A stretch of DNA of 64,000 bases. It comes from Vicugna vicugna (lineage: Eukaryota). Under the pieces are notes generated by a model. That model ran no database searches and was not told where the DNA came from. It saw nothing but the letters and a program-made list of their open reading frames with translations. The stretch spans positions 1,116,001 through 1,180,000 of the forward strand of contig MU058213.1 in the NCBI GenBank assembly GCA_013265495.1, given 5' to 3'. Positions 40,524 to 52,600 of the stretch are shown here, one piece after another. The position numbers and the translations under genes are program-made. Numbering within the stretch: the first letter of the stretch is position 1; every line of letters starts with the position of its first letter.

Positions 40524-43259
40524 TACTTATTTAGAAACTCTCTGAAGCACAGCTACATCCCACTAAACAAATATCTCAGTGTTTCTACACTAGAACTTAT
40601 ATTTTACTCAGATTCTAAATGAATATCTGAAGGTTTTTCTATTCACTTTCATTTTATGGAGAAACCACCGTTAAATAAGGTTATCTAGTTCTTTCGCCCA
40701 GAGACCGAAAGCAGTAAAATTAAAAGGAGGCAAGAATAAGCATATTGATAACAAAGACTGTTGACAGCAAATTCAAAATCAAATAAAAAAAAAAAGCTGA
40801 GGTGGTTTAAGCTAAAGGAAAAAACAAAAACCTCATAAATTGAAATATCTCCTTTAGGGCATTTCTACATTATGACAGACTACAAAATTGAAATTCCTAA
40901 CAATGCCCTTTATCTTCAAGTAAAGGTCAGACTACATTGACTCTGTATATTGTTTTTTTTTTTCCAAAGGCAAGGCAACATTACTGTTTTAGAGGTCTAT
41001 CCACATATTACGATTACAACTGAAAATATTTCGGGCATTTAAAGAGTAAAGCTTCAGTTATCCAGAAAATTAACTCATACAGAATAGTTTCTTAGACATC
41101 AATGTAGAAAAAATGAAGTATTACTATTGTCTAGCTAAGTGTTGCCCATAATTGTGCCTTTCCAACCACAGGTCAAGGAATCAGTTCAACAGGTTATGCC
41201 AGCAATTTTTAAAAGTAGAAATAGAAAATACAAGACCCACGTTGCACATGATAAGGGTAAGTATGTTTTGTGAAAAGTTTATTTCAGTATTTCTATACGA
41301 CTTTGCAAGGTAAAACATATTACTTATTCTAGATTCTGGCCAAAAGAAAGCCATGGGCCTGAAGATTTATATAATATTATGAAATACAGTCATAATACCA
41401 AACTTGCAATGCCCTCATTTTTACATCATAATGCTAAAGAAAGCCACAATTTCAACAAGAAAAAAGTCACTTCTTTAGGAGTCTTGATGCATAAATTTAT
41501 TTATTTCTCCTAGTAATCTGTATCAATATATAACAATTTATCATGTTTAGTATTAGTTTTGGCTAAAATAGAGATTGTGTGCAAACACTAGTTTTTAAAC
41601 TACTTAGGAACTGAAAGCAATTTTTAACAACAACAAAAATCCAAAATAAATAGCGACTTTGATTTTATTTGCTTGTTTATTCTGAGATGCAATTACAGAC
41701 CTTGGTGCCATCTTTCCAAAGTCACTGATGTAATCTAAACGTCTAAACTTGGCATTCTACACAATCTATTTGCTAATACTTAATGCATACAAAGCTGATT
41801 CTAAGAAACAACCAAACACTTAAAAATAATTTAAACTATTAAATAAAGTATGTTTTTCTCCACTTCTTTCTAGGGCATTTTAAGCCAATATTACCAAAGG
41901 CATATTCAACTAGAAAAGAATATTTGTCCTTCTCATTCACTTTGAAAAAAAATATATGGAAAAAAATAACCAGTTTAATACATATCTTTTTTAAAATCAG
42001 CATCTGATTCATGAGGATAAATTAACATTTCCAATCCAAATGTCTCAGATTTGGAAGAAAATCTGTCTTCTAGTCCAACTCCCTACCAAATACACTAATC
42101 CTCTTCCTACAGTGTTCCTTGGAATCAAATTCCCATATGACTGAGAAGCCTTCACTCCTAACTACCACTATATTAAAATCTTCTAAAGTTGGCCTTTGCC
42201 ATTAATCAAAAGTAGTTTCCAATTCCTTCGAAATCCTTGAAAAATACAATGCATACACTATTCTCATAAGTCCTTAAAATATAGGTTTAGAAAGGAAATA
42301 ACAAATTTACAGTACTTATTATAGGGATTTCAGGAGCCCTGTCCAGTATATACTGATATATTGAATAAAACCCTAGAGTACTTTGGAAGCTTTCAGAGTT
42401 TGCCTAAAGCACAAAAAAATCAGCAATGACAAATAATAGCTGTCAACTCAAACAATCTTAAATTTTCTCAATTTATTAAGATCAAATTCTCAAGTTGAAA
42501 AAGCTTGTAAACGTCTTTAAAATTGAAATCAGACTGACTTTACCTAAAAATATGAGTAATGTAGCTCCAAAATAATACCCAGTATTGTGGCAATAGATAT
42601 AAATGCTGTTCTTGACGATTTCACTGAGTTACACTAGAGTCTCTCTTGAAACTAATGCTTTGCAAACACTTCTGAAGAACGTACTCTCCCATTTAGTTCC
42701 TAACTCCCTCTTCCATGTGCTTTTCTCTACCTTACCAGCTGGAATCTGTAACAGGAACAAGTAATCATACGTAATTCACAGAGTTGATTCTACTGCAGAA
42801 TTAGGTTAACGCCTCTAAAATGGGGCACATTAAAAAGAAAACCTACTTATATAAATTATTTACCTCGGTCCGGCTTCATTTTCACACCAATTTCCACCCA
42901 AGGTGCTGTGAAATACACGTGTGGGTTCTCTCAACAGGCTCGCCGCTGATTTTGTAGCTACTGCTCCGTTTTCAAAATGCTAAAAGAAATCAAAATAAAA
43001 TTAATCTGGTCCTGCTCTAACACCCGATCTTGTAAGAAAACTACTGCTAACAGGCCTCTTCCTGGCACTAACTGCGGTGACAGCACCATCCGCAGGTCTG
43101 AAAAAAAGCAAAACTCTCTGCACCGCCTCCCCCATCTCCTCCCAACTGAGCACCCCTCTTCCCCGCCCCTGTGCTCTCTAGGCCAAAGTGTCCTTCTTTG
43201 ACACAGCGTCTCTGAACCAAAAGGAAGATCTATTTATAACCTGGAGGTACAGGCAAGGG

Positions 43260-43280
43260 GAAAGAAAGAAAGAAAGAAAG
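43260..43280 (+). repeat. (GAAA)n microsatellite
   Basis: GAAAGAAAGAAAGAAAGAAAG. Confidence 0.85.
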
Positions 43281-43453
43281 AGGAGTCAAGCAACACAAGC
43301 TAACTAACCCCTTTGTAAAACACGCCGCTGGAAACAGTGGCACCTCCGCAGTGACTGGTATAGAAATGCTCCGACCTGCTGACTGGGCGCAGGAAACTCT
43401 TCAAGACCCCTAAGCGCCTCGCCGAGAGCTCCGCCCGCCCGGCCCGGCCTCAC

Positions 43454-44270
43454 CTGTGTAATTACCCTCTGGCTAGTCTTCCTGCCGCAACCGCGGCCAA
43501 GTTTACACAATGAGAGGGTCAGGAAGAAACGCGAGTCATCTCCTCGCGCCCAGCCCCCTGCCCCAAACGAACTCTACTGGGCTGTCCCGGGTCGCCCCTG
43601 CCACCCGCCAGCCCTGCGTGGCCGGGCCTGAGGTCGTCCCGGGAAGGTGTTCACAGCCGGGCGCTCGCCCCTGCTCGGCGCAGCCTGCCCGTGCGGGCCC
43701 CTTCCGTCCCGCCGCGGCCCCGGATTTCCTTCAGCCTCGCCGCCCGGAGCGCCGCGCTAGCCCCTCTCCCCGCCGGAGAGTTGTTTTCATGGCTCCCTCG
43801 GCCGACCTCTGCTGACTAACTCGCTCTCCTCTCCCGTCCCAATCCCTCCTCCTCTTGGCACTTCTCTCCGCCGCTCGCCCAGCGGCTCACATCACATTCC
43901 CACCTCAGACGCGAGGCTCTGAGAGGCGCAGGGCGGGCGAGAGCGGAGTGTGGCGCGCAGCGGCCCCCGGGGCTGCGTTAGGGGACCATGGGGACCCGAC
44001 TCTACAAGCCCGACGCGGCTCCCCGGCGCCCCTGTGGCCATCCACCCCCGCCTCGGCCGCCGCCTCGCTCCGCTCCCGGCGCTCAGCCCCTCGCCCTGCC
44101 CGACTCGCACCCGAGCCCCGCGGCCCCCGGGCTTCGCCTGCCCGTCGCCCCGGCCGGCCCGCTTGCCCCGCGCCTCTGCCAGCTCCTCGCCCGCCCGCTG
44201 TCTCTAGCTCTGGCGCCCCAGCTCCCGGTCCCCCTCGCTCGCCCAGTTCTTTCTCTGCTGTTTGCCCTGT
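43454..44270 (-). other. Putative non-coding first exon(s) of an unidentified minus-strand gene
   Basis: Strong minus-strand donor CAG|GTGAGG, last exon base 43454. The minus strand is G-rich downstream of the motif cluster. Weaker alternative donors lie at 44111 (CGG|GTGCGA) and ~43890-43905. The TSS is inferred, not observed. Confidence 0.6.
43731..43790 (-). other. Upstream ORF, 19 aa (MKTTLRRGEGLARRSGRRG)
   Basis: GGAGCCATGA start context (purine at -3). TGA stop at 43733-43731, inside the putative first exon. Confidence 0.4.
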
Positions 44271-44285
44271 CAAAACACTGCCCGG

Positions 44286-44293
44286 GTCACGTG
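44286..44293. promoter_or_regulatory. USF/MiT-TFE-type E-box (CLEAR-like)
   Basis: GTCACGTG inside the CpG island, close to the inferred TSS. Confidence 0.55.
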
Positions 44294-44357
44294 TCCCAAC
44301 AACAGCCAACCCACCGCTCGTCACTTCCTCCCCGGCGGCCTCGGAGGCGGGCGCGCG

Positions 44358-44371
44358 GTTGTTACGGCAAC
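44358..44371. promoter_or_regulatory. RFX X-box
   Basis: GTTGTTACGGCAAC (reverse complement GTTGCCGTAACAAC), an imperfect palindrome matching the RFX consensus GTTGCCATGGCAAC. Confidence 0.7.
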
Positions 44372-47103
44372 GCCTCGCGCAGTCCCCGGGCGCTAGCCTT
44401 GGGGCCTGGGTTTCCGAGCAGGTGCGGCGGGCTGCGAGGGCCGACCCGGCCCGGGAGGCCCGGCGCTGCGGCCGCGCTCGCTTCCTGCCTGCGCTCCGAG
44501 CCGGCTGCGGCGCGTCTGGGACCAGGAATCCGAGCTGCGCTATTAGAGCACAGGGTAACTGGGGAGATGTCATCCGAGGGCCTGCCCCAGACGTGGAGGA
44601 TAATTATAGTCTCCTCCTCCACACTGTATGCTGGCGCAGAGTTGTGACCCAGCCCGGAGTGGCTTACTGCGCACGGTGGAAGCTGAGTCTAATGTGGCCG
44701 AGACTGGAGAGTGGGCAGCCAGAGGCTTCAGGGATTGGGAAGTTTAAGAAAAAGCAACCCTTCACCCTAGATTTTTTCAAATTACTAAGGATTTTAGTAG
44801 GATTCGGAACTCAAGCTCCCGAGGCACTCGCTGTGCTAAAAATAACTTTTATAACCTCTAAAACACTGACTCATGGCGGGAACACACTTTTGACACCGTG
44901 TTATTGTTCGGGAACTGTAATTTTGTTGTTGTGCTATAACAATGTGACATGATGACATTTCATGTTGCGATGTTGTGGCATCACTTCAGCACAAACAGAT
45001 GACAAGGATCTGCTGTAATTTAAAAAAGCAGTCCTAACAAGGTCTGAGCTATTAGCTACTCATTTATAGACAAAGTCCATACGGAGTTGTGAGCTCAAAG
45101 CACAGAGAAGGAGAAATACAAAATTTGTAGTCTTCTTTGGTTTCATTAGAAAAACTTTTTTTTTCAGAAATAACTTTGCATACAAGAATCACAACAGGAA
45201 AGTACTAGATGGGTCTAAAGGTGATTTATTTTGGTCTTTGTACTCTTGTGAGGTTTCCAACATTTTACAGTAAGTATGTTTACTTCTACATCAGAAAAGT
45301 TTTCATAGATTACAAGATTGGGGTGGCAGGGTTTTGTTTTTTTGTTTGTTTTTTGCCTCAAATCTATAAAATACATGAAGTTTCTATTATGAAAAAATAA
45401 TATTTTCTGGATGTTTTCATATGTACCATAAAATTACATGTGCCACTGCAATTAAAAACCTTAACTATGATTGTGACTAATCAAAACAGGACAGAACATT
45501 CAGGAGGGTTAATATTTCATTTTCATGGGAAATGTTATGGCATCATGAAGGTGACACTTCTGACAAAGGACGATAGTTCCTTAATCTATGAAATGGCTAC
45601 AAATGTTTACTCCCAGGCGATTTGACTTCGATATTATTGAATACTGTATTATGTATTTTCTTTTATGGACTGAAGTTTTACTTGTTCTACAATCATTTCT
45701 CAGTTAACCTTGGTAATGGGAGACAGAAGAGTTACAGATAGTCCAAAATCCTAAATTTAGCACAGCAGCTGGGACTAGATAACAGCTATTGTAAAAGGCT
45801 TCTTGCTGGGTGAATAGGCAGCAAGATCTGTGATTTAGTTCCTCTTCTGCCAAATTTGGAAGAGGTATAAAGACTTGAAAAATGTTGACAGTAGAAACTG
45901 AGAATATTGGATAATCTGGAACACAAACTAAAGAGTTCTCTTTTAAACAATTAAGTTTTAATTGTGCATGGATAAATGATGTCTGAACATTTGTTAGACT
46001 TCCTTGTAGCTTTTTGTTGAGAATCTTAAATCTGTTTAAAAATTGGAGATCATTATAGTAGTGGAAAAAGAATTTTAAAAGAGGTATTTTTGACTCATCC
46101 ATTCATTTTTCAAATTATTTTTTCTCACTCAGCACACATTTACTGAGTACTCACTATCTGCTAGGCATATGTTAGTCTCTGAGAATACAAAAGTCACCAA
46201 AAATAGGGTCATTACTTTCATGAAGCTGATAGTATTGACTATCACAGTTGCATGGCACAGGTCAAATCACATTCTACAGCCTTCTTTAACCTGTAAAAAT
46301 GAGTTGTTTGGACTCAGACAGTAAATAATCTCTTTCCTTTCTAATTGCAAAACAGTCCTATAATTGTATAGAACATTTCCAGAGTGGTTAGAAATAAGGA
46401 CCTACCTACCATGACAACTCTTAAGTGCTGGTGATAAGTGTGTTTGCACCTTGGAGCACCCAAGCAAGACAAGCATCTCTGGTTCCTGCTTGGTGAGGAG
46501 TGAAGGTGGGTGAAGCAAGCAAGTCAAAACACCTGGCAGGAACCTTACCCCTTTTCCATCTGATTTGCTCTCTAATTTGCTTTCCCTGGTGTTCCAAAGA
46601 CTTATAAGTAGTTAACTTTAAAAAAGTTAGTTCACTTCAGCAAGGAGGCAATCCCCTCAACTTTGATAGGTTTTGTTGAAATGGGCAGTGTTTAAGAAAA
46701 CCATGTGTTTAATGGAGGTCTCTGTATGGTCTTTTACTGACTAAGGTGATGAGGATAACTGGTTTGCTCACTTTGTTAGTACAGGCTGTTACTGTTACCA
46801 AGGTCATGAAACCAGTCTACCAGAATGATCTCTGCCAAAGCAGGGACTGGTGCCTTTTTCTTCTTGTATCTCTAACACCAAGCATAGGAGCTGGCGAAGA
46901 GTCGGAGCTTAATACATGTCAACCTTTGTATTCAGCTATAAAATTTTCTTATACATGCCCACAAACTGTACCCCTAATACCAGTTGGCATTTTCTCTTCG
47001 ATGGGTTAAAGCCAGAGAGTTGGGAAATCAGTACGTGGTACAAACTTCATACATCAATGGTACATTTTCATTATACTTTCAGTGTTTTATAATAGTAGGA
47101 ACT

Positions 47104-47553
47104 TGTTGTGACTTCCAGAATGCTACGCTGATGTCTTAGCTCCTATGCCTGTGAATGGGACCTTATTTGGAATTAGGGTCTTTGCAGATATAATCAAGTT
47201 AAGATGGAATCATGCTGGATTGGAGTGGACCCAAAATCCAATTACAAGTGTCCTTATAAAGTGAGAGAGATTTGAAGACAGAGGAGACTCAGGGAAGATG
47301 GCCATGTGACCAGGCAACAGAGATTGAAATGATGCAGCTGCAAATCAAAGAATATAGAAGATTACCGAGAGCCACCAGAATCTAGTGAAAGGCAAGAAAG
47401 TATTCTACTCCAGAGACTTCAGAGGGAGCACGACCCTGCCAATACCTTGAGTTCATCCTTTTTGCCTTCAGAACTCTGAGAGAATAAATTTCTGTTGTTT
47501 TAAGCAACTCAGGCTTGTTTATTTTGTCACTATAGCCCTAGGAAACTAATATA
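47104..47553 (+). mobile_element. MaLR solo LTR (MLT1C-like), full length
   Basis: GGGACCTTATTTGGAATTAGGGTCTTTGCAGAT...AATAAATTTCTGTTGTTTTAAGC, with a 5-bp TSD GAACT at 47099-47103 and 47554-47558. Confidence 0.9.
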
Positions 47554-47796
47554 GAACTCGAGCAAAGAATACTGCCGTATTTTTCTTCCCTTGGCTGGTA
47601 AGCTGCATTGCTGATACTGCAAGTTTTCTAAAACTTCCAGGTTCTGAATGGTCACCAAAGCAGGAAGCTCTTTAATTCTGTAAAAATTACAGTAAATCAG
47701 TTGGAAATGTGAAGAAAGTCTCTCTAGTATCACAAAAGAACAACTTTATGATCATGAATAAGTGGTTAAGAATCATCTCATGAAAATACACTATTT

Positions 47797-47859
47797 TAAT
47801 TTTTTTTAAATTTTATTGAAGTGTAGTTGATTTACAATGTTAGTTTCAGGTGTACAGCA
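47797..47859 (-). mobile_element. Extremely truncated L1 3' end (63 bp)
   Basis: TTTTATTGAAGTGTAGTTGATTTACAATG...CAGGTGTACAGC, flanked by a 15-bp TSD GAAAATACAC(T/C)ATTT. Confidence 0.85.
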
Positions 47860-48714
47860 GAAAATACACCATTTAAAATGTACTGATTGGTAGATGTGTT
47901 TCATCCTAAAGTATTGTGGAAATAAAGACTAGTAAAATTAATTAAAATGTATGGATAGATCTTTTCCAGTAAGCAAAGAAAACATCAAACTGTGTACTTG
48001 TAATTCCTAAAGCAACAAGATGAAAGGGAAGCTCGCTTTTCCATATCAAACTTGTTTCTGATTGTTCACTCAAATTCATTACTGGTCATTTCTTTCTTAA
48101 GGGAAAAAGATCATGGAGTCATTGCTAAGGTATTGGTTCATGTAAACAACCCTCCGCCTTCTTCTAAATTGGTTGGCTGGTTTGTCCTTTTTTGACACTC
48201 ATGTTTGTCTACCTTCTCTAACCACAGGTATAAGGAAGTGAAAAATGATTCTCTGGTTCCTGCCTGCAGAAGTGACCGTAGTACTTAGAAATACAAAAGC
48301 CTCTAAACTTCAAGCCATGGAAACCTTTAATCTGAAGGTTTGCTGAGCTGCTGGAGGTCTCTGAGCCATTGAGACTTAAGATCTCTTCAAAAATTAAAAG
48401 TAATTGCTCATTTTGGTGACAGTAACTATGCTCAGTACCTCACATGTATTAAGTATACATTTGACCCTAAGAGGGTAATATTATCTTGTAGGTTAGGAAA
48501 TTGACTTCCATTACAACATTATAAAGTAGGTTACGCTATTCCAAAATTTTCAGTTGGGGAAACTAACACTCACAAATGTTGAGAATGGTTGCACATTTGG
48601 AATATAAACTGGTTTATATAAACTCAGTTAGGCTCAATGCTTTAAGATATAAGTTCTAAATGGAATGGCTCTGGTTTGTTTGTTGTATGTAAACTCCAAA
48701 AAGCAAATAGTCAC

Positions 48715-48960
48715 ACTTAATAACAGAAGCTAACATTTCTTGAGCACTTAAGCAGTAAGCACTATACTGACTGCTTTATAGGTATTAGTTCATTTAATCC
48801 TCACAATATTCCCATGCAGTATTATTATCCCTATTTCATACCCAAATAAACAGGAAAAGGGAAGTTAAAAAACAAGCCCAAGGTCAAGCAACTGGGAAGT
48901 GTCAGTCAGGATTCACACCCAAGAAGCATGACTGTGGAGCTTAAGTTCTGAACCACCGCC
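48715..48960 (-). mobile_element. MIR SINE
   Basis: TTGAGCACTTA...CATTTAATCCTCACAA...CCCAAGGTCAAGCAACT...GGATTCACACCCAAG. Confidence 0.8.
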
Positions 48961-49323
48961 TGGGAGTGGTCCATTTAGTCTGGTTTTCCACCCAAACCCT
49001 CATCTTCCTGTCATTGGGCTTTTGCCATTTCCCCCACATAATGTTCCTCCTTAATTCCGACCTAAAACCTTGTGGACTTTCAGGGCCCAAAGTCTTACCT
49101 CTAAAGCCCACACTCACACACACCTGTCTGTCTTTTCTCTGAACTCACGTTTTATTTGTGATCTTAAAACCGCATATTTGTCTTATCTTTTTACGGGCAG
49201 AGACGAACCGTGACCTCGGTTTCCTTTGTGTTTCCTTTTTATTTCCTGTTTTGACTGGCACCAGCCGGGGCACAAAGCCTCAAGTAATGATTGAAGACCT
49301 GAGGCCGTCACTATTCTCTACAA

Positions 49324-49913
49324 CTGCTCCGGCCAGTACGGGAGCCACTGGTCACACGTGGCCATTGAGCACTTGTAACGTGACTAGTGAAACTGAGAAA
49401 CTGAATTTTCCATTTTAATTAATTTAAATATAAGTATAATGACTGGTTCTTGATTCCATTATTCAAAAACTAAGTATGTTTAGGACAACTTGGGAATGTG
49501 AATCCACTTTTTCCAACTGTAAATTGTAGAAAATGTAAATACAGGTCAAGGATTTCTAATGAAAATTAAGCATCCAAATTGAAATGTGCTGTAAGTGTAA
49601 AATATACACCAGTTTTAAAGAGTACCAAAAAATGTAAAATGTCTTATTAATACTTTAAAAATGTTGATTACAGGTTGAAATGATCATATTTTAGATAGAT
49701 GAGGGGTTTTTTGGCAGTAGGGGAGAGGTAATTAGGTTTATTTAGTTCTAGAGGAGATACTGGGGGTTGAACCTAGGACCTCGTGCATGCTAGGCACACA
49801 CTCTACCACTTGAGCTGTACCCTCCCTCCACTTTCTAAAATTTTTTAATGTGACTTCTGGAAAATATAAAGTTGCATATGTAGCTCACATAATATTTCTA
49901 TTAGACTACACTG
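49324..49913 (-). mobile_element. hAT-Charlie1-family (MER33/MER3-like) DNA transposon
   Basis: GCCACTGGTCACACGTGGCCATTGAGCACTTG and GTGCTGTAAGTGTAAAATATACACC, with a degenerate 8-bp TSD CTCTACAA / CTCTAGGA. Confidence 0.85.
49707..49829 (-). mobile_element. tRNA-derived SINE (camelid Vic-1-like) nested in a Charlie element
   Basis: Reverse complement reads GGAGGGTACAGCTCAAGTGGTAGAG...GGTTCAACCCCCAG...AAACCTAATTACCTCTCCCC. Confidence 0.85.
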
Positions 49914-51009
49914 CTCTAGGACTTAGTGGCTTAGCAGCAACAATACAAAAGATATTTGAAAATCAGCTATACTCCTCAACAAAGTGATGCCTTCTAGCAG
50001 TTCAAATTTAGGACTAAAGGAACTTCTTGCTTGCCCTAATTCTAGCAAGAGTTCTATGCATCCTAATGAGACTTGAATGTACCACAAAACGGGGAGAGCA
50101 CACCTTAGATATAGTAGGCACGGCAACGAGCGAGCCTTCAAAACACAAATGTTAAATTCAGTGGAGTTGTCATAGAAATTATTTTTTCCCTTCATGCCTA
50201 TTAAAGGATCACACACAGAGCTAACTACCTACCTTAACCCCAGACAGTCTGAGCTATTTTCATAAGCAGTGATGTGTGGACTTCACTAAACAGTTACACT
50301 TTCCATGAGCTGGTAGAGACATGAAGTCTATTATAAATCATGTTACTGATCCTTTAAATCTTTTCATCAGAATATATCACTCCACTGCATCCTAATGAGA
50401 ATTCTACCATAGTCCTTTCCATGGTGAAAAAAAATCCATGCCATTTGACTTGAATGTAGATATAAACAAAAGCAGTGATCTCTGTTTCAAAATATATGTG
50501 ATAAACTATATGATTGGATATTTCAGAAAAAAATTTTCGAGCAGAATCTTATCCTTCAGGAAGGTTTGTATGAAACAATCTTTTCTTAGGTTCAATTATG
50601 CTATCAGGTTTTTAAGAAAGAAAAAAGGATGTCAGACTGCAAAAAATAATGCAGAAAATCCCCAACCCTTTTCACAAATGGAAAACTCATAATTGAAACT
50701 AAATTCTTCACATGTACTAGACACAGCATGATAGAGCAATCTGTAATATATTTTTAATAAATCAAATTCCTGCTGCTTCTATCAGAACACAAAGGCTCAA
50801 TGCAGCATAAAAAGAATTCTAGAAATGATTCTTTTATTTGTCTGCCGTGTATATCTCAATAATTTCATACCGCCATGCTTCAGAGAGAACAGAACATTAG
50901 GTGCCTTCTTATTCCAAATTACACAGGCAAAATTCTGTACTTGCAACTCAATATAATTGGTCTTGATTTCCAAAATGTCACTTTTGTCTAACATAAGTCT
51001 AATTCAACT

Positions 51010-52600
51010 CAGCATTCATTGAACTTTGCAAGCCAAATACTTTGCTGGGCCCTAGAGATATAGAGGCCAGAAAAGCAATTACTTACCCTCAAAAAGCTTT
51101 ATTAATGTAAAAAGGAGGTGGCCATGCAAAGACATAACTGCAGTGTATTTGATAACAGAAAAAAAAATCATGCACAAAGAAGGAAAGTTGCTTCTCTCTC
51201 GGAGAAGAGGTTGCTAAAGAAGAAAAAAGAACATATTAGCTATGTTTTGGAGAATGAAGGGGACGTCATCAGATGGGCAAAATGAGGTGGAATGGAGATG
51301 GGGAGAGTTGCTCCTGGCATGTCACTCTGTCATATCACTGAGGCATGATAGAAAATGTTTTGTTTAAGATGTCATCTTAAAAGGTCAGTTTCAAGGAAGT
51401 TAAATGCAAGTAATAGGTACAATATTAGACAGACCTCCCATTTTTTGCCATTGACCCCAGTTCTTTATCCCTCTCCATATCCTTGCTTCTCCCTTGTAAC
51501 TTGCAGTCTGTCTCAGCAATAAGTCAGAATCTATTTCTCAGCTCCTGGTTCAGCCACATGACTTGCTTTGACAAACAGAGTAAGGCTAACGTGATAGATC
51601 TGAGCTAGACCTTAAGAGGCCTTGGTTGTTTGCTCTCTTGTGCCTCTGCCGTTACCATGGAAAACAGATACCAGGGCTAACCTGCTGGTCCCTGGTTTGA
51701 TGGGTTGAGAGACAAGTGGGACAGACTTTATCCATCTCACCTGACCCACAGATCATCCCACCATTGACTGGCAGAACCACCACAGCCAACCCTTGTATCC
51801 ACGAGTATAAACTGTTGTTTTATGCCACTAAGGGTTGGAGTGGCTTATTATGCAGCATTACTGAGGTATCAGCACACCAATGCAGCCATAGTAATGAACT
51901 TGGATTTTATCCTGTGGATGACAGAAAATTATAAAGGATTTTAATAAATAGGTAATTAGATTGTTTCAGAAAGATGCCTCCAGCAACAAAATGGAAGATG
52001 GAGATGGAAAGAGGTAGTGGCAAAAAAGCTATTCCAGTGGTCCAACCCTGAGAGTATGCAGGTCCAAACTAAGGCAATGGCAGAGGGAAGGGAGTAGAGA
52101 AGACAGAGTGGAGAAAGGTTTGGGTGACAGAACTGATGGAATTTGGGTGATTGGTTGTAGGCAGAGAGAGGGCAGCAGCATTCCTGCTCCACCCACCACT
52201 CCACCCTACCCTGGCTTGGAACAGCTGGTGGACCACCATGTACTTTTAGATAGGAAACACAAGGAAATATCAGATTAGCCACTGAGGGCTGGAGTAGGTG
52301 TGGGGAATAGGGGTTTAACATATTTAGTTTAGATATATTAAGTTTGAAAAACCTGAAATCGTCTAGACAGACATTATGGAGGCAGAGGAAAATTCTGTTC
52401 TGAAGCTTGGGGATGAGGTGTCATCCTGATGTATGTCACTCAGAAACCGTCACCATACAAATGGTGGCTACGCCATGGAAGTAGCTGAAGCTATCATGGG
52501 ACCCAGAAGGAAAGGAGCTCAGAAATGTTGGCTGTTCTGGAGAAGTCAAATAAGGTAAGGACAGAGAAATATTCCTTTGATTTAGCAATCATGTCATCCT
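51010..52600. mobile_element. Minus-strand L2 interrupted by an MLT1-type LTR (~51420-51880)
   Basis: L2 motifs (CATTCATTGAAC...; TTTGGGTGATTGGTTG; GATTTAGCAATC) and MLT1 motifs (GCCACATGACTTGCTTTGAC; TGTTGTTTTATGCCACTAAG). Confidence 0.7.

Larger units (their letters stand above)
43320..44700. promoter_or_regulatory. CpG island promoter
   Basis: Abrupt switch from AT-rich, CpG-depleted DNA to very GC- and CpG-rich DNA. Contains GTCACGTG (44286-44293), CACTTCC (44322-44328), a GGCGGG GC box (~44345) and GTTGTTACGGCAAC (44358-44371). Confidence 0.95.

Noticed and set aside
43855..44952. 365-aa plus-strand ORF and the overlapping 219/222-aa ORFs
   Set aside because: Low-complexity Pro/Ala/Arg/Gly translations open in several frames on both strands, as expected in stop-poor CpG islands. 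The longest starts at TTG and has no recognisable domain.
45704..46102. 132-aa minus-strand ORF, and other 60-120 aa ORFs across the window
   Set aside because: No domain resemblance, no exon-like splice flanks, and lengths compatible with chance in six frames.
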